From IMG/VR virus record IMGVR_UViG_3300038701_001717, positions 1 to 43,738 of that record: DNA of 43,738 nucleotides. One strand, 5' to 3'. The position numbers were made by a program, and so were the translations under genes. Below the pieces are notes generated by a model that had not been told where the DNA came from, did no database searches, and worked only from the letters and a program-made list of their open reading frames with translations. Shown here piece by piece: positions 8,368-18,062 of this stretch. This stretch comes from a virus. Every line of letters begins with the position of its first letter. Within the stretch, counting starts at the first letter, position 1.

Positions 8368-8787
8368 ATGTCTGGAAAACACAACAACGGTGGCGGTAAT
8401 AATCGCCACCAAAATAATAATCAGAACCAAGGTCAGCAAGAAGAAGTTTACAGCATCGTTTTAAGTGCTGACTCTGAAGAAGAGAAAACAATATTTCTCC
8501 GAAAAATGAAAATTTCCTATAAGGGAATTGCCATGAAGTCAGCTCTTTCAAGAGCTAACAATGATAGAAATCATGCAATGGCTGTTTTGGATGAGGAACT
8601 TTTAAAATTATTACTCGTTTCTGTTAATGGAAAAGATGTTTCAGCTTCGCAAAAGGAAGACTTAGATAGTCTTTTTGAGCCAAGTGAGTTCTGGAGTTTG
8701 TTGGAAGTTCTCCCGCAAATTACTGGAATGGATAATGGAGGGACTAATGCCCCCCAGGTGAAGATCGCCTTTACTGGGAAACGATAG
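8368..8787 (+). CDS. Tail assembly chaperone (short, in-frame product)
   Basis: 139 aa. Canonical position between the tube and tape measure genes. Preceded by TTTAAACGGGAGG. Confidence 0.7.
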   Translation: MSGKHNNGGGNNRHQNNNQNQGQQEEVYSIVLSADSEEEKTIFLRKMKISYKGIAMKSALSRANNDRNHAMAVLDEELLKLLLVSVNGKDVSASQKEDLDSLFEPSEFWSLLEVLPQITGMDNGGTNAPQVKIAFTGKR

Positions 8788-8912
8788 TTTGGATCTGTCG
8801 ATATACTAGCCTCCGTCCGAAAGATATTCACGAGATGGAGCCTTGGCAATTCAAGGTAGTGATCGACAAGCTCAATGAGATTCTTGAAGAAGAATCAGGG
8901 GGAGAAGAATGA
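8368..8912 (+). CDS. Predicted -1 frameshift-extended chaperone isoform (G-T-like)
   Basis: The -1 frame is open only from 8748 to a TGA at 8910..8912 that overlaps the tape-measure ATG. It reads PPGEDRLYWETIVWICRYTSLRPKDIHEMEPWQFKVVIDKLNEILEEESGGEE. A C6 run sits at 8750..8755, and the 120-nt gap is otherwise uncoded. Confidence 0.45.
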
Positions 8913-10768
8913 GCGCACCTTTAGCATATAAGGTTTTAACGGAGTTTAGGTTTGAGATCGGTAGTGCCGTTACAAACACAAGAACTCTTGCCGGAGAGGT
9001 CAACAAGATCTCGGATGCTGCTGGTAATGCTCAACAAGCTCTCACTGGTGTTGGAGTCTCACTCGTTCAAAGTTTTGGCGTTGGATATTTGACTGTTGGT
9101 GGAACTATTTTTAAAGCTTTTATGGCTTCTGAAAAGTTCTATCAATCTCAATTAAAATTATCCAATATCTTCTTATCAAAAAAATTCTTTGAAGGTCCAC
9201 AGGCTTTCCAACAATCAATGGCGGCATCGGCTGATGCTTTGGAAAGAATGAAGAGTACCGCAAGGCAGTTTTCACTTCCAGCAACAGCTCTGGCTGGATT
9301 GTCTAGTTCTATAGGTGCGGCTTTGACCGTGAAGGGTCTTGATGACTCTTCACTATCAAAATCGACGGATCTTTCAAGAGCCTTCTTAAAATCAGCTCCA
9401 ATCCTTTTGCCTGGGCAGGACCCATTGGCATACCAAGGGCAGCTTATGAATTTAGTTTCTGGCCGAGCTAATATTGGAGGAACTCTTGTTCAAAGATTAA
9501 TGGATGAGACAAGTGCCATGAAGCCTTTTGCCGGAAAGGGTGGAACTGGAAAGTTCAATGCTCTTGATCCTGCAAAGCGTCTTGATGTACTTACGAAATC
9601 ACTCGATCAGTTCTCTAAGCAAGTAAAGGTCAATGATGCAATTGCAAAGTCATTTACTGGTCAAATGCAAAGAATGAGAGATAACCTTTTTAGTATGTTT
9701 TCAATTTTCAGAAAGATTGGTGATGCCATCAGGATTCCACTCACTGACATCATAAAAAATGTTAATGATTGGATCGAAACTCATGGTGAGAAGATCGCAA
9801 ATAATATGGGAAGTATGCTTGAAAGAATCTTGCGTGATCCTGTTAAGTTGTTTGTAAACCTTCAAACTTTAAAAGGTATGGGATCAGATTTTAGTGCAGC
9901 TGGAGCTTTTTTGAAATTGCTTACTCAACTGGAGTTCGCTGCATTTGCTGCCACAGGTCTTGGAGGCTTGGGTCTTCTTGGTGGTTTTTCTGCGGGGGCC
10001 GTTAAATTTGGTAATATAGTCAAAAAAATAGTTGGATGGTTTTTGCCTCTCTCTACTTTAGCCTCTGGTGGGATGATTGCTGGAATAGGAAAGTTATTGT
10101 TAGCTGTTGGTAGACTCTTTGGATTCATCTTCTTTATGCTTCAAACTATAACAATGGCTGGAGCAAAGGCGAGTGTGCATAATAAGCTTTGGCTTGCTGA
10201 AAACAGCTCCAAGGTGAGTGACATCATTGTCAAATTGAGCAAAGCCTTTTCTGCAATCCTGTATCCTATAACTGCCGGAATGGACGCTTTGGCTGAAGTA
10301 ATATCTCTATTCTTTCGATTAGATTTATCAGGAAATTTTTTGATAGCAACTTTTGAGATTTTGGCATCAGTTCTGGAATTTCTTGGGAAAGTAGTTCTTA
10401 GAATCTTTGGATTCATCCAGGGTGTTGTCGATATGCTGACGCAGATACCTTTGAACCTTTCGAGCTGGATGTCCGGTGATATTGGTTTCAGCGATATGCT
10501 AAGTCAGATGGGTGATACATTCATGCGAGGTTGGGACTACCACTATAATAAAATCTATGGTGATGAAAATGAAGTTCCTTATGCACCAGGTAAAGGTAAG
10601 ACATCCAAAAACACGACTTACATGAATGTGAATATGTATAATCAGTTCAAGGAGCAGATGGAGCCGGATAGAATCGCCTTCACCCTTCAAGAACAACTTT
10701 TCAAGGCGGCGACTAACCCTAGAGGGACTAAACGTCGATCATTTCAGAGAGGATCATTGAAAAAATAG
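8909..10768 (+). CDS. Tail tape measure protein
   Basis: 619 aa. Helical N-terminal half and a Gly/Ala/Leu hydrophobic central region. Lies after the chaperone gene. Confidence 0.8.
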   Translation: MSAPLAYKVLTEFRFEIGSAVTNTRTLAGEVNKISDAAGNAQQALTGVGVSLVQSFGVGYLTVGGTIFKAFMASEKFYQSQLKLSNIFLSKKFFEGPQAFQQSMAASADALERMKSTARQFSLPATALAGLSSSIGAALTVKGLDDSSLSKSTDLSRAFLKSAPILLPGQDPLAYQGQLMNLVSGRANIGGTLVQRLMDETSAMKPFAGKGGTGKFNALDPAKRLDVLTKSLDQFSKQVKVNDAIAKSFTGQMQRMRDNLFSMFSIFRKIGDAIRIPLTDIIKNVNDWIETHGEKIANNMGSMLERILRDPVKLFVNLQTLKGMGSDFSAAGAFLKLLTQLEFAAFAATGLGGLGLLGGFSAGAVKFGNIVKKIVGWFLPLSTLASGGMIAGIGKLLLAVGRLFGFIFFMLQTITMAGAKASVHNKLWLAENSSKVSDIIVKLSKAFSAILYPITAGMDALAEVISLFFRLDLSGNFLIATFEILASVLEFLGKVVLRIFGFIQGVVDMLTQIPLNLSSWMSGDIGFSDMLSQMGDTFMRGWDYHYNKIYGDENEVPYAPGKGKTSKNTTYMNVNMYNQFKEQMEPDRIAFTLQEQLFKAATNPRGTKRRSFQRGSLKK

Positions 10769-10777
10769 GAGGGGTCT

Positions 10778-11953
10778 TTGGGAATTTTAAATGACACTCT
10801 TTCCACTGGACTCAATAGCCTTGGAGTTAATACTTCTAAGGTTGTGAATGTTCCTGATTATGTGGGTGGTGATTTTCCTGATGGCCTTGTTATTACTCAA
10901 ATCATTAATGACAAAGAAGAAGAAGACTCCCAAGGAAAGCCAGTCAATTTAGTTCTCAGAGGAACTTTTTCTCCTCATCAACCTTGGGAATGGGGTGGAG
11001 AGCAACAGATTGTAAAGGAATATTATTCCGGTAATGATCTCCCATCGGTTCAAGTCTTAGGACCTCGTGAATCTGACATCCCTATAAAGGGAACATTAAA
11101 ATCAAAATTTTTTAAAAAGCAGGATGCTCAAAATATTCGATTGGCTGCAGAGGCTTATCAACAGCAATTGGATCTCCTTAGAAAAAAGGGAAATCTTATA
11201 AAGATACAATTGGGTGAATGGCAGAGATACGGCTACATAAAAATGGCCAGCTTTAAAATGAGAACCAGAGCGGACATTGATTATGAACTTGATTTTATGG
11301 TGATCTCTGAAGAAAAGCCAGATTTTTCCAAATTTACAGAAAGGTCTGATGATGATTTAAAGGCTCCAAATAAAGCTCTCATTGATGCTGCGGCTGCACA
11401 GCTTTCAGCTTCAAGAACATTTCCTACTGAGATGACTCAATCGGTGGCTGAGTTATTGAATGACCAAATTTCTGAGGTAGCTTCTTCAATTGCTGTGGTG
11501 ACTGATTTTGTGAACGGTATTCTCACGGATGCTGAACAACTACAGGCTTCTGCTTCGAGAGCTGTTGGTTTAATTCGATATGCAAGATCACAAATAGCCA
11601 CAGCTTCTCGTCGAATAGGCGCAATTTCCTATAATGTTTCAAACCTTGGAGCGACTGCCGCCACAGAAGCTCAGAAGTCAGTGGCCAGCATTGAAAGCAT
11701 AAATCACATTGGGCAAACAAGACTCAATTTCACTTCATTGGCTCAAAGGTTGGCAGCCATGCAACAGAAGTTCGCCTCTCTTGCTTTTACTTTGCCACTT
11801 GAAAGGTATCTGGTCAGAGAGAACGACACTCTTCAGAAAATCTCTATTCGTTATTATAACACTGTAGACAATTGGACTGTCATATATGACCACAATGAAT
11901 TGAGTTCAACAGAGCTCACTAAAGGGCAGATCCTAGAAATTCCGAGGCTCTAA
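10778..11953 (+). CDS. Tail protein at the Mu gp43 (DNA-circularisation protein) position, with a C-terminal LysM domain
   Basis: 391 aa. TTG start after RBS AGGAGGGG. The C-terminus YLVRENDTLQKISIRYYNTVDNWTVIYDHNELSSTELTKGQILEIPRL is a LysM motif. Confidence 0.7.
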   Translation: MGILNDTLSTGLNSLGVNTSKVVNVPDYVGGDFPDGLVITQIINDKEEEDSQGKPVNLVLRGTFSPHQPWEWGGEQQIVKEYYSGNDLPSVQVLGPRESDIPIKGTLKSKFFKKQDAQNIRLAAEAYQQQLDLLRKKGNLIKIQLGEWQRYGYIKMASFKMRTRADIDYELDFMVISEEKPDFSKFTERSDDDLKAPNKALIDAAAAQLSASRTFPTEMTQSVAELLNDQISEVASSIAVVTDFVNGILTDAEQLQASASRAVGLIRYARSQIATASRRIGAISYNVSNLGATAATEAQKSVASIESINHIGQTRLNFTSLAQRLAAMQQKFASLAFTLPLERYLVRENDTLQKISIRYYNTVDNWTVIYDHNELSSTELTKGQILEIPRL

Positions 11954-13377
11954 TGGGAATATTTTACCCACAGGCTGCAGTAACATTGAAACTAAGACTA
12001 GAGGACTATGTCAGGGATTCCAATTCACTGGATTTCTATGAGTTCACCGTTTTGGCAAAGTCTGTCACAGTGACCACAAATTCCTATTTTGAAGCAGATA
12101 CTTTTGAGTGCTCAATTGAATACAAAAATTTTCCTTTTGATCCCAGGACTATTCGAGCATGTGGTGTGACTGTTCACGCTGAGAACATGAAGAAGCTTTA
12201 TGGTAAAGATGGGAAAAGAGTTGAGATAGTTCCAAATAAAGCCAACACAATTTTTCAGGGTTTTGCTGATGAGGACGAGATCAAATTCGACGACTCAAGC
12301 CGCACAGTGACCCTGGAGGGTCGTGATTTCACATCCCTATTGATTGATGCTCCTTACTTAAAAGGCAATTTCTCGGTCAATCAGAAGCTTGATGTGGCCA
12401 TTCAACAATTATTGTCAGAGCTCCCTGCTACCGCTCAACTTCTTGTGGATAATAGAGTGGGGAATCTTCCAACTTTATCCAATTTTTGGTCTGATAAGCA
12501 GCCAGGGTCAGGTCGAAAGAATGTCAGAAAAGATCAATCGTACTGGGATCTAATCCAGTCAATGATCGCTGAAGCTGGTCTTATTGCTTACATTGAGCTC
12601 GACAAGTTGGTCATTACAAAGCCTCGCCTACTCTATGATAAATCAAATGCTAAGGTTTTTATCTATGGCCACAATATAAAATCACTCAAATTCAAAAGGA
12701 AGCTCGGAAGAAGAAAGTCTTTTAATCTCGTTGTCAGATCAATGAACATTGAATCAAAGAAAGTGCTGGAAGCTAAAATACCAGAAGAGGCGACAGCAGC
12801 ATGGCTTGAGCGCAACAGTTACAGAAAACAGCCTATAAAAGAAATAAAATTTGATACCGAAGGAAAGCCGATTCCCGATGCTGATTTGAAGCCATCTCCA
12901 TATATATCCTTCAGATTGACCAATATTGCCAACAAAGCCCAGCTTGTTGAAGTAGGCGAGGAGCTCTTTGAGGAGATCGCAAGGCAGGAAATAGAAGGGG
13001 ATTTTTCAACAAGAGAAATGAGCATCTATTATCAGGAGCTTAATCAAGATGGTTTCCCAAAAGCCAATAGTCAGGTTCAGAATTTTGATGTGTTAAGCCT
13101 AAGAGCTGGAACTCCAGTGGCCATTGTCCTTGATGATAATGATCTGAAGAAAGCCACCAAAATTGAAAATAAAAAGGAAAGAGAGATCTATCTTAAATCT
13201 AGGGGATATGATCCCAGCGTGGCTGCAGCTCTTTCTGATTCTTTGGGAAAGTATTCAAACATTTTCTACACCAAAGGTTATCGAGTGCGAATTGATGCAC
13301 AGGATGGAGTCACATTTGATGTGAACTTTATCAACTACATTGATGTGGATGAGAAATTTGCGGAGTTTACGACATGA
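11953..13377 (+). CDS. Baseplate hub protein (Mu gp44 / P2 gpD position)
   Basis: 474 aa. Assigned by synteny between the LysM tail protein and the spike. TAATG overlap. Confidence 0.6.
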   Translation: MGIFYPQAAVTLKLRLEDYVRDSNSLDFYEFTVLAKSVTVTTNSYFEADTFECSIEYKNFPFDPRTIRACGVTVHAENMKKLYGKDGKRVEIVPNKANTIFQGFADEDEIKFDDSSRTVTLEGRDFTSLLIDAPYLKGNFSVNQKLDVAIQQLLSELPATAQLLVDNRVGNLPTLSNFWSDKQPGSGRKNVRKDQSYWDLIQSMIAEAGLIAYIELDKLVITKPRLLYDKSNAKVFIYGHNIKSLKFKRKLGRRKSFNLVVRSMNIESKKVLEAKIPEEATAAWLERNSYRKQPIKEIKFDTEGKPIPDADLKPSPYISFRLTNIANKAQLVEVGEELFEEIARQEIEGDFSTREMSIYYQELNQDGFPKANSQVQNFDVLSLRAGTPVAIVLDDNDLKKATKIENKKEREIYLKSRGYDPSVAAALSDSLGKYSNIFYTKGYRVRIDAQDGVTFDVNFINYIDVDEKFAEFTT

Positions 13378-13988
13378 TGATTGATATGGAAGGCTGGAGA
13401 CAAGTTCTCGAACAAGACGACGTTCATATCACTTTGGGACAGATCACAAAACTATTACTGGCCGATGATCGTTCAGTGCTCAGAGTCCAGGTTGCTTTAT
13501 TTCCAGAGCTTGAAACAGAGTTTATTTGTCGAATGAGCTGGGAAGCTGTTGGCCCAGAAGCCGGATTCTTTCAATTTCCTAATGCTGGTGATCTCGTTGT
13601 TCTTGGTATTCCCGATGCTGATGAGGCCATCCCTTTTGTAATTTCAAGGCTCACATCCAAGGAAGACAAGATCCCACTTAATGCGATTGATGGTCATACA
13701 GTCTTGAAAGCTTTGAACGGAAAAAAGAACTGGATAACTTCAGACACTAAAATTTTACTTTCAAAAGGTGATGATGAACCAACAGAGAATCTGGTACTGG
13801 GCCAAGTCCTAAAGACTTTTATTTCAGATGTTCTGACATTAATTATTGGTCACAACCACACATCAAGTCAGCCAGGTTTTCCGTCGAGCCCTCCTCTCAA
13901 TGCCAGCGACTTTTCTGACTTAAAATCTGATCCTGTCGATAATGAAGGTATATTGAGCGATCTTGCTTTCACAGAGAAGGGGGACTGA
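13374..13988 (+). CDS. Baseplate central spike, gpV / Mu gp45-like
   Basis: 204 aa. FPNAGDLVVLGIPDADEAIPFVISRL is the gpV/VgrG OB-fold-type signature. Confidence 0.65.
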   Translation: MMIDMEGWRQVLEQDDVHITLGQITKLLLADDRSVLRVQVALFPELETEFICRMSWEAVGPEAGFFQFPNAGDLVVLGIPDADEAIPFVISRLTSKEDKIPLNAIDGHTVLKALNGKKNWITSDTKILLSKGDDEPTENLVLGQVLKTFISDVLTLIIGHNHTSSQPGFPSSPPLNASDFSDLKSDPVDNEGILSDLAFTEKGD

Positions 13989-14209
13989 TGCCTTTATCTA
14001 ATGCGGGAATGGCTGCTGCAATAAAAGCAAAGCTTCTGGAAGGAAAAGGCGAAGCTGCTGAGGATGATGCTGAATTGGATATTCTCTGCGATGCAATTGG
14101 GGCGGCTGTTGTTGAGTATCTTAAAGCAAATGCTTTAATAACTGGGACAGCGTCGGTGGCCGGAGGATCTTCTTCTGGATCTCATCCAGTAACAGGGACG
14201 GTGACTTAA
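13988..14209 (+). CDS. Small hypothetical baseplate-module protein
   Basis: 73 aa. TGATG and TAATG overlaps couple it to both neighbours. Confidence 0.55.
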   Translation: MPLSNAGMAAAIKAKLLEGKGEAAEDDAELDILCDAIGAAVVEYLKANALITGTASVAGGSSSGSHPVTGTVT

Positions 14210-14607
14210 TGGCAAATATTGAAGAAGTTTATAAAAGGGATCTGGCCTTTGTCAGTGACTTTGTAAAAACACCGACTGGTGACATTGATACAGTCACAGG
14301 TTTGAGAAATTATAAAGATGCTCTTTTCCGTAGATTAATAACAACACCAGGAAGCTTGGCCCATAGACCTTTATATGGAGTTGGTGTGAAAAAATACAGG
14401 AATAAACTCAACACACTGGCGAATCGAGAGAAATTGGCGAGAGATATTAAGCAACAATTTGAACAAGACCCCAGAACTGTTGAGGTGGTTTCCGTTGGAT
14501 TTACTTCTGACGATTATAAGCCTGAAACATTGAGGGTCCATACAACGGTGGAGTCGGTAGGATATGGCAAGTTGGAGCTTCAATTTAGTCCGTTTGGAGG
14601 ATTATAA
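14209..14607 (+). CDS. Baseplate wedge protein, GPW/gp25 family
   Basis: 132 aa. LRNYKDALFRRLITTPGSLAHRPLYGVGVKKY matches the gp25-like core. Confidence 0.75.
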   Translation: MANIEEVYKRDLAFVSDFVKTPTGDIDTVTGLRNYKDALFRRLITTPGSLAHRPLYGVGVKKYRNKLNTLANREKLARDIKQQFEQDPRTVEVVSVGFTSDDYKPETLRVHTTVESVGYGKLELQFSPFGGL

Positions 14608-15764
14608 TGGCATTAAAAAGTCAATCAGAGCTCTTGCAGCTATTCATCGACGAGCTTCAAGCCAGAGATCCGAGCCTAACGGACGACAACGAAGGGTCAA
14701 AGCTCGATGTATTGGGTGGAGCGTTCTCGGTAGCCGTAGCAGAGAGCCAAAGAACATCAGTCGAGGAGTTCAAAAAGACATACATAGATACTTCAGAGGG
14801 TGACAATCTTGAGTTTCTTCTGGTGGATCATTTTGGATCTTCATTCGCTCGTCCAGAGGCCTCCAAAGCCACTGGCACAGTTACTTTTTCAAGAGCAAAT
14901 ACAGATGAGGGTAATGTCACAATTCCAGTGGGGACTATTGTAGCAACGGTTCAAAACGCTGCAGGAAACTCGACAAGGTTTGAAGTTATCGCTGAGGTCG
15001 TTATGACCGGAACAACAATTGATGCTTCTGTGAGAGCTCTGGTTGCTGGTACGGATGGAAATGTTGATGACTCAACGGTCACAGTTATTGAAAGCTCTCT
15101 CACAGATTCCTCGGTAGTGGTCACAAATGCTTTAGCTTTTGGGGATGGAACTGAAACTCTCAATGATGCTGAATATAGACAGTTTGCTAGAAATCTTCTC
15201 CTTTCTCTTCGTGGTGCCACTCTTGATGCAATCGTGGCCACAGCTCTGACAGTCTCAGGAATCACAACAGTCACAGGAATTGAGTTCTCTCAATATGTTA
15301 AAGAGTGGAATATTTCAACAGGAACAGCTACCGGAGATTATTTCAAGATAGCTCGTGTGAAGCTTTATGTTGCTGATGTGAATGGTGTTGCTAGTGCTGC
15401 ATTACTTGCTGCTGTAGAGACTGCCATTGAGCCAGTTCGAGCTGCTGGAGTTAATGTTGAGGTGTTGGCTGCAGTGGCCGTTGAATTGGATTGGACCGCT
15501 GAAATTACTCTTAATCCTGCTGGACCTAATTACGCCACTTTTGTTTCTAATGCCCAAGCTATTTTGGACACTATGGAGCTTTACCTTCAAGGTCTTTCCA
15601 TTGGAACTGATTTTGATAAATCAACAGCGGATGCTTACATCATAAGTCTATGGGGTGGATCTGGAACTGGTGATCTTACAGACTTTACAACTACAATTCC
15701 AGTGGGGAATGTTTCTGCAGATGCAAATGAGAAAATAATCCCAGGAACAATGGCGGTGGAATAA
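14607..15764 (+). CDS. Baseplate J-like protein
   Basis: 385 aa. Follows the gp25-like gene, with size and order as in P2 gpJ / Mu gp47. Confidence 0.7.
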   Translation: MALKSQSELLQLFIDELQARDPSLTDDNEGSKLDVLGGAFSVAVAESQRTSVEEFKKTYIDTSEGDNLEFLLVDHFGSSFARPEASKATGTVTFSRANTDEGNVTIPVGTIVATVQNAAGNSTRFEVIAEVVMTGTTIDASVRALVAGTDGNVDDSTVTVIESSLTDSSVVVTNALAFGDGTETLNDAEYRQFARNLLLSLRGATLDAIVATALTVSGITTVTGIEFSQYVKEWNISTGTATGDYFKIARVKLYVADVNGVASAALLAAVETAIEPVRAAGVNVEVLAAVAVELDWTAEITLNPAGPNYATFVSNAQAILDTMELYLQGLSIGTDFDKSTADAYIISLWGGSGTGDLTDFTTTIPVGNVSADANEKIIPGTMAVE

Positions 15765-16390
15765 TGGCTCTTACCCAGACTGATTGGTATGAAAGACTAA
15801 AAGCTTGGGTTCCTGGTTGGGTTTTTGAGGGTGATGATTCTGAAGTATCTGATGCAGTTTTTTATGCCATGGCAAAACTTCTCTCAACAATGGATGATGA
15901 AAGGGCAGAGCTCTTGTTGTTCACTTACATTGATTCAGCGGTCACTCCATATCTGGAGCTCCTGGGAGATGAGAGATCAGTGGATCGACTCAGCGGTGAG
16001 TCTAACGCTCTCTATCGCCAAAGAATTAAAACAAGAAATATAAGTTCTAAATGTTCTTACCCAGAGATTGATGCAATTGCTCAAGACGCAATGACTGTGA
16101 ATGTGGTTGTAAAAGAAGACCAAAAATGGGGATTCTTTTGTGATGCTGGATCTTATTTGAATCGTGGGGACATTCTTTTCGATTGGATTGAGAACGGTGG
16201 TTTTTCTGTGATTGTTGACAGGGGTGCTGACCCAGATGAAGTCGAAGCTATGATTTTATCAATTAATAGAAACAAAGCTTTTGGCGTTTTATATAGAGTC
16301 GTCGAAAGGTATATAAGCGGGACACTTCTTCTCACAGAAGAAGGTGATGATTTTATAACAGAAGAGGGAGATCTTCTCATTGGTGGTTAA
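15764..16390 (+). CDS. Baseplate / tail protein, P2 gpI / Mu gp48-like
   Basis: 208 aa. Assigned by synteny after the J-like gene. Confidence 0.6.
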   Translation: MALTQTDWYERLKAWVPGWVFEGDDSEVSDAVFYAMAKLLSTMDDERAELLLFTYIDSAVTPYLELLGDERSVDRLSGESNALYRQRIKTRNISSKCSYPEIDAIAQDAMTVNVVVKEDQKWGFFCDAGSYLNRGDILFDWIENGGFSVIVDRGADPDEVEAMILSINRNKAFGVLYRVVERYISGTLLLTEEGDDFITEEGDLLIGG

Positions 16391-16391
16391 T

Positions 16392-18053
16392 ATGAAAAGT
16401 TTTTTATTAGTGTTTTTACTGACATTTGGCTCGATATGCTTTCCAGCTCAAAAGAAGATCAGTGATCTGACTGCGATTACAAATGCAGAAGTTTCAACAA
16501 GTGACCTGATTACTGTTGTTGATGTCGATGGTACTCCCACCAAAACAAGAAAAATGACTTTCTCTGAGCTTGATCTCAGATGGCTTTCTTCTCCAATTAC
16601 TTCAGCAATAGTGAGCACTGGTCTTGTTTTTGATAATGAGGCTTATTCTGAATTTCAAGAAGCCACAGGAAATGGTGACAACTATGTGAGAATCAAAGCT
16701 CCTGCGAGTCTTGGCGCTGACTATGTTCTGACCCTTCCTGTTGATGATGGTGATTCTGGGGAGTGTTTAAAGACCGATGGCGATGGAGAAATGTCATGGG
16801 GTGTTTGTAGTGCTTCTGCTACTGCCGCAGATATTACGAATGTTGCTGCGGGAAATATAGCTGCAACTGATGTTCAAGATGCGATTAATGAATTAGATAC
16901 TGAAAAAGCCGCTCTGGCTGGTGCTACCTTAACCGGAGCCTTTGTTCCAAATGCTAACAACACTCTTGATTTTGGTGGCAACAGTTTAAATTGGAGAATT
17001 ATTTATGGAAGGTTGTTTCTTGGTAATGCTGGGACAACCATCTTTGGATCTGATTATGAGACTGGATTAGCTGCTGGTGTAGAATCTGGATCTAATGTTG
17101 GCTCTGGTAATACCGGAGCTTTCACTTCTCATGTAGGAGATCAGCTTTCCACTGGAACTGGTGAAGTTGGTTTGCATACTGTTAGAGGTGGCCAAATTCA
17201 AGAGGCTACTAACACAAATGATGGCGGTAGTGTTCTCATTGAATCTGGATCAACTCTAGGATCTGGAGACTCTGGAGACGTAACTGTAAAAATTCAAACT
17301 TCTGGTAGTGGTGCCCAAGGTGATATTAAATTTATAAAACAAGGCGACACAACTGTTGTTGGAGACTTGTGGAGAGCCAGTGGAACTGATGGTTCTGGTT
17401 ATTGGGAAACTCCGACAACTCCTACAGTGCAAATTTTTACTTCTGGATCTGGAACTTACACTACTCCGACAAGCCCATCTCCAATTTATATAATTGTAGA
17501 GATGTCTGGCGGTGGCGGCGGCGGTGGTGGATCTGGAACCACTAATGGAACTATTGGTGGAACCGGAGGAACAACAACTTTTGGAACAAGGAATGTTACT
17601 GGTGGTTCTGGTGCTCAAAGACTTGCTGGAGCTTCTGGCGGTGGGATCACTGGGTCTGGATATGAAATAATCTCTTCCAATCAAGGCGCGCAAGGTAGTG
17701 GCGGCGGCGTGAACCCTTCCACTCCTGATGGCACTCAGATGCCAGGAGGAGCTGGCGGGTCGAATCGTTTCGGCGGAGCTGGCGGTGGCGGCAGTGCTGG
17801 CGGTGGTGGGATACCCGCTCAAAGCAATACGGGTGGCGGTGGCGGCGGAGCAGGGAATGATAACGTAGGAAGTTCTCAATCAGGTGGCGGCGGTGGAGCT
17901 GGCGGATATATTAAGTTTTTGATCTCCTCTCCTGCATCATCATACTCTTACGCTGTTGGAGCCGCTGGGACCGCTGGGACCGCTGGGACAAGTGGTAGAG
18001 TAGCTGGAGCTGGTGGGTCTGGCGTAATAATTGTGACTGAGTATTATCAATAA
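16392..18053 (+). CDS. Tail fibre protein with a poly-glycine-rich C-terminal domain
   Basis: ATG at 16392 (the track TTG at 16380 is less likely). Fibre-type motifs KKISDLTAIT and AADITNVAAGNIAATDVQDAINELDTEKAALAGATLTG. The C-terminal roughly 180 aa is GGGGGGGSG...GGAGGSNRFGGAGGGGSAGGGG...GGGGAGGYIKF...GSGVIIVTEYYQ. Confidence 0.8.
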   Translation: MKSFLLVFLLTFGSICFPAQKKISDLTAITNAEVSTSDLITVVDVDGTPTKTRKMTFSELDLRWLSSPITSAIVSTGLVFDNEAYSEFQEATGNGDNYVRIKAPASLGADYVLTLPVDDGDSGECLKTDGDGEMSWGVCSASATAADITNVAAGNIAATDVQDAINELDTEKAALAGATLTGAFVPNANNTLDFGGNSLNWRIIYGRLFLGNAGTTIFGSDYETGLAAGVESGSNVGSGNTGAFTSHVGDQLSTGTGEVGLHTVRGGQIQEATNTNDGGSVLIESGSTLGSGDSGDVTVKIQTSGSGAQGDIKFIKQGDTTVVGDLWRASGTDGSGYWETPTTPTVQIFTSGSGTYTTPTSPSPIYIIVEMSGGGGGGGGSGTTNGTIGGTGGTTTFGTRNVTGGSGAQRLAGASGGGITGSGYEIISSNQGAQGSGGGVNPSTPDGTQMPGGAGGSNRFGGAGGGGSAGGGGIPAQSNTGGGGGGAGNDNVGSSQSGGGGGAGGYIKFLISSPASSYSYAVGAAGTAGTAGTSGRVAGAGGSGVIIVTEYYQ

Positions 18054-18062
18054 GGAGATTTG

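Noticed and set aside
8776-8782. GGGAAAC as the chaperone slippery heptamer
   Set aside because: Its phase is wrong for an X XXY YYZ -1 slip, because the zero-frame codons are GGG AAA. Re-pairing in -1 (UGG GAA) would be poor. The C6 run at 8750..8755 is the better candidate.
14564-14803. 79-aa alternative-frame + ORF spanning the gp25-like / J-like gene junction
   Set aside because: It overlaps two syntenic, coupled baseplate genes, and nothing supports an independent start.
17256-17879. 207-aa ORF on the minus strand
   Set aside because: It is antisense to the GGN-rich poly-Gly part of the tail fibre gene. The codon repeats simply lack stops in the reverse frame. The product is low-complexity Ser/Thr/Arg, and there is no RBS.
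17500-17900. GGC/GGT-rich repetitive DNA considered as a microsatellite or CRISPR-like array
   Set aside because: There is no regular repeat-spacer structure. The region is in-frame coding sequence for poly-Gly blocks.
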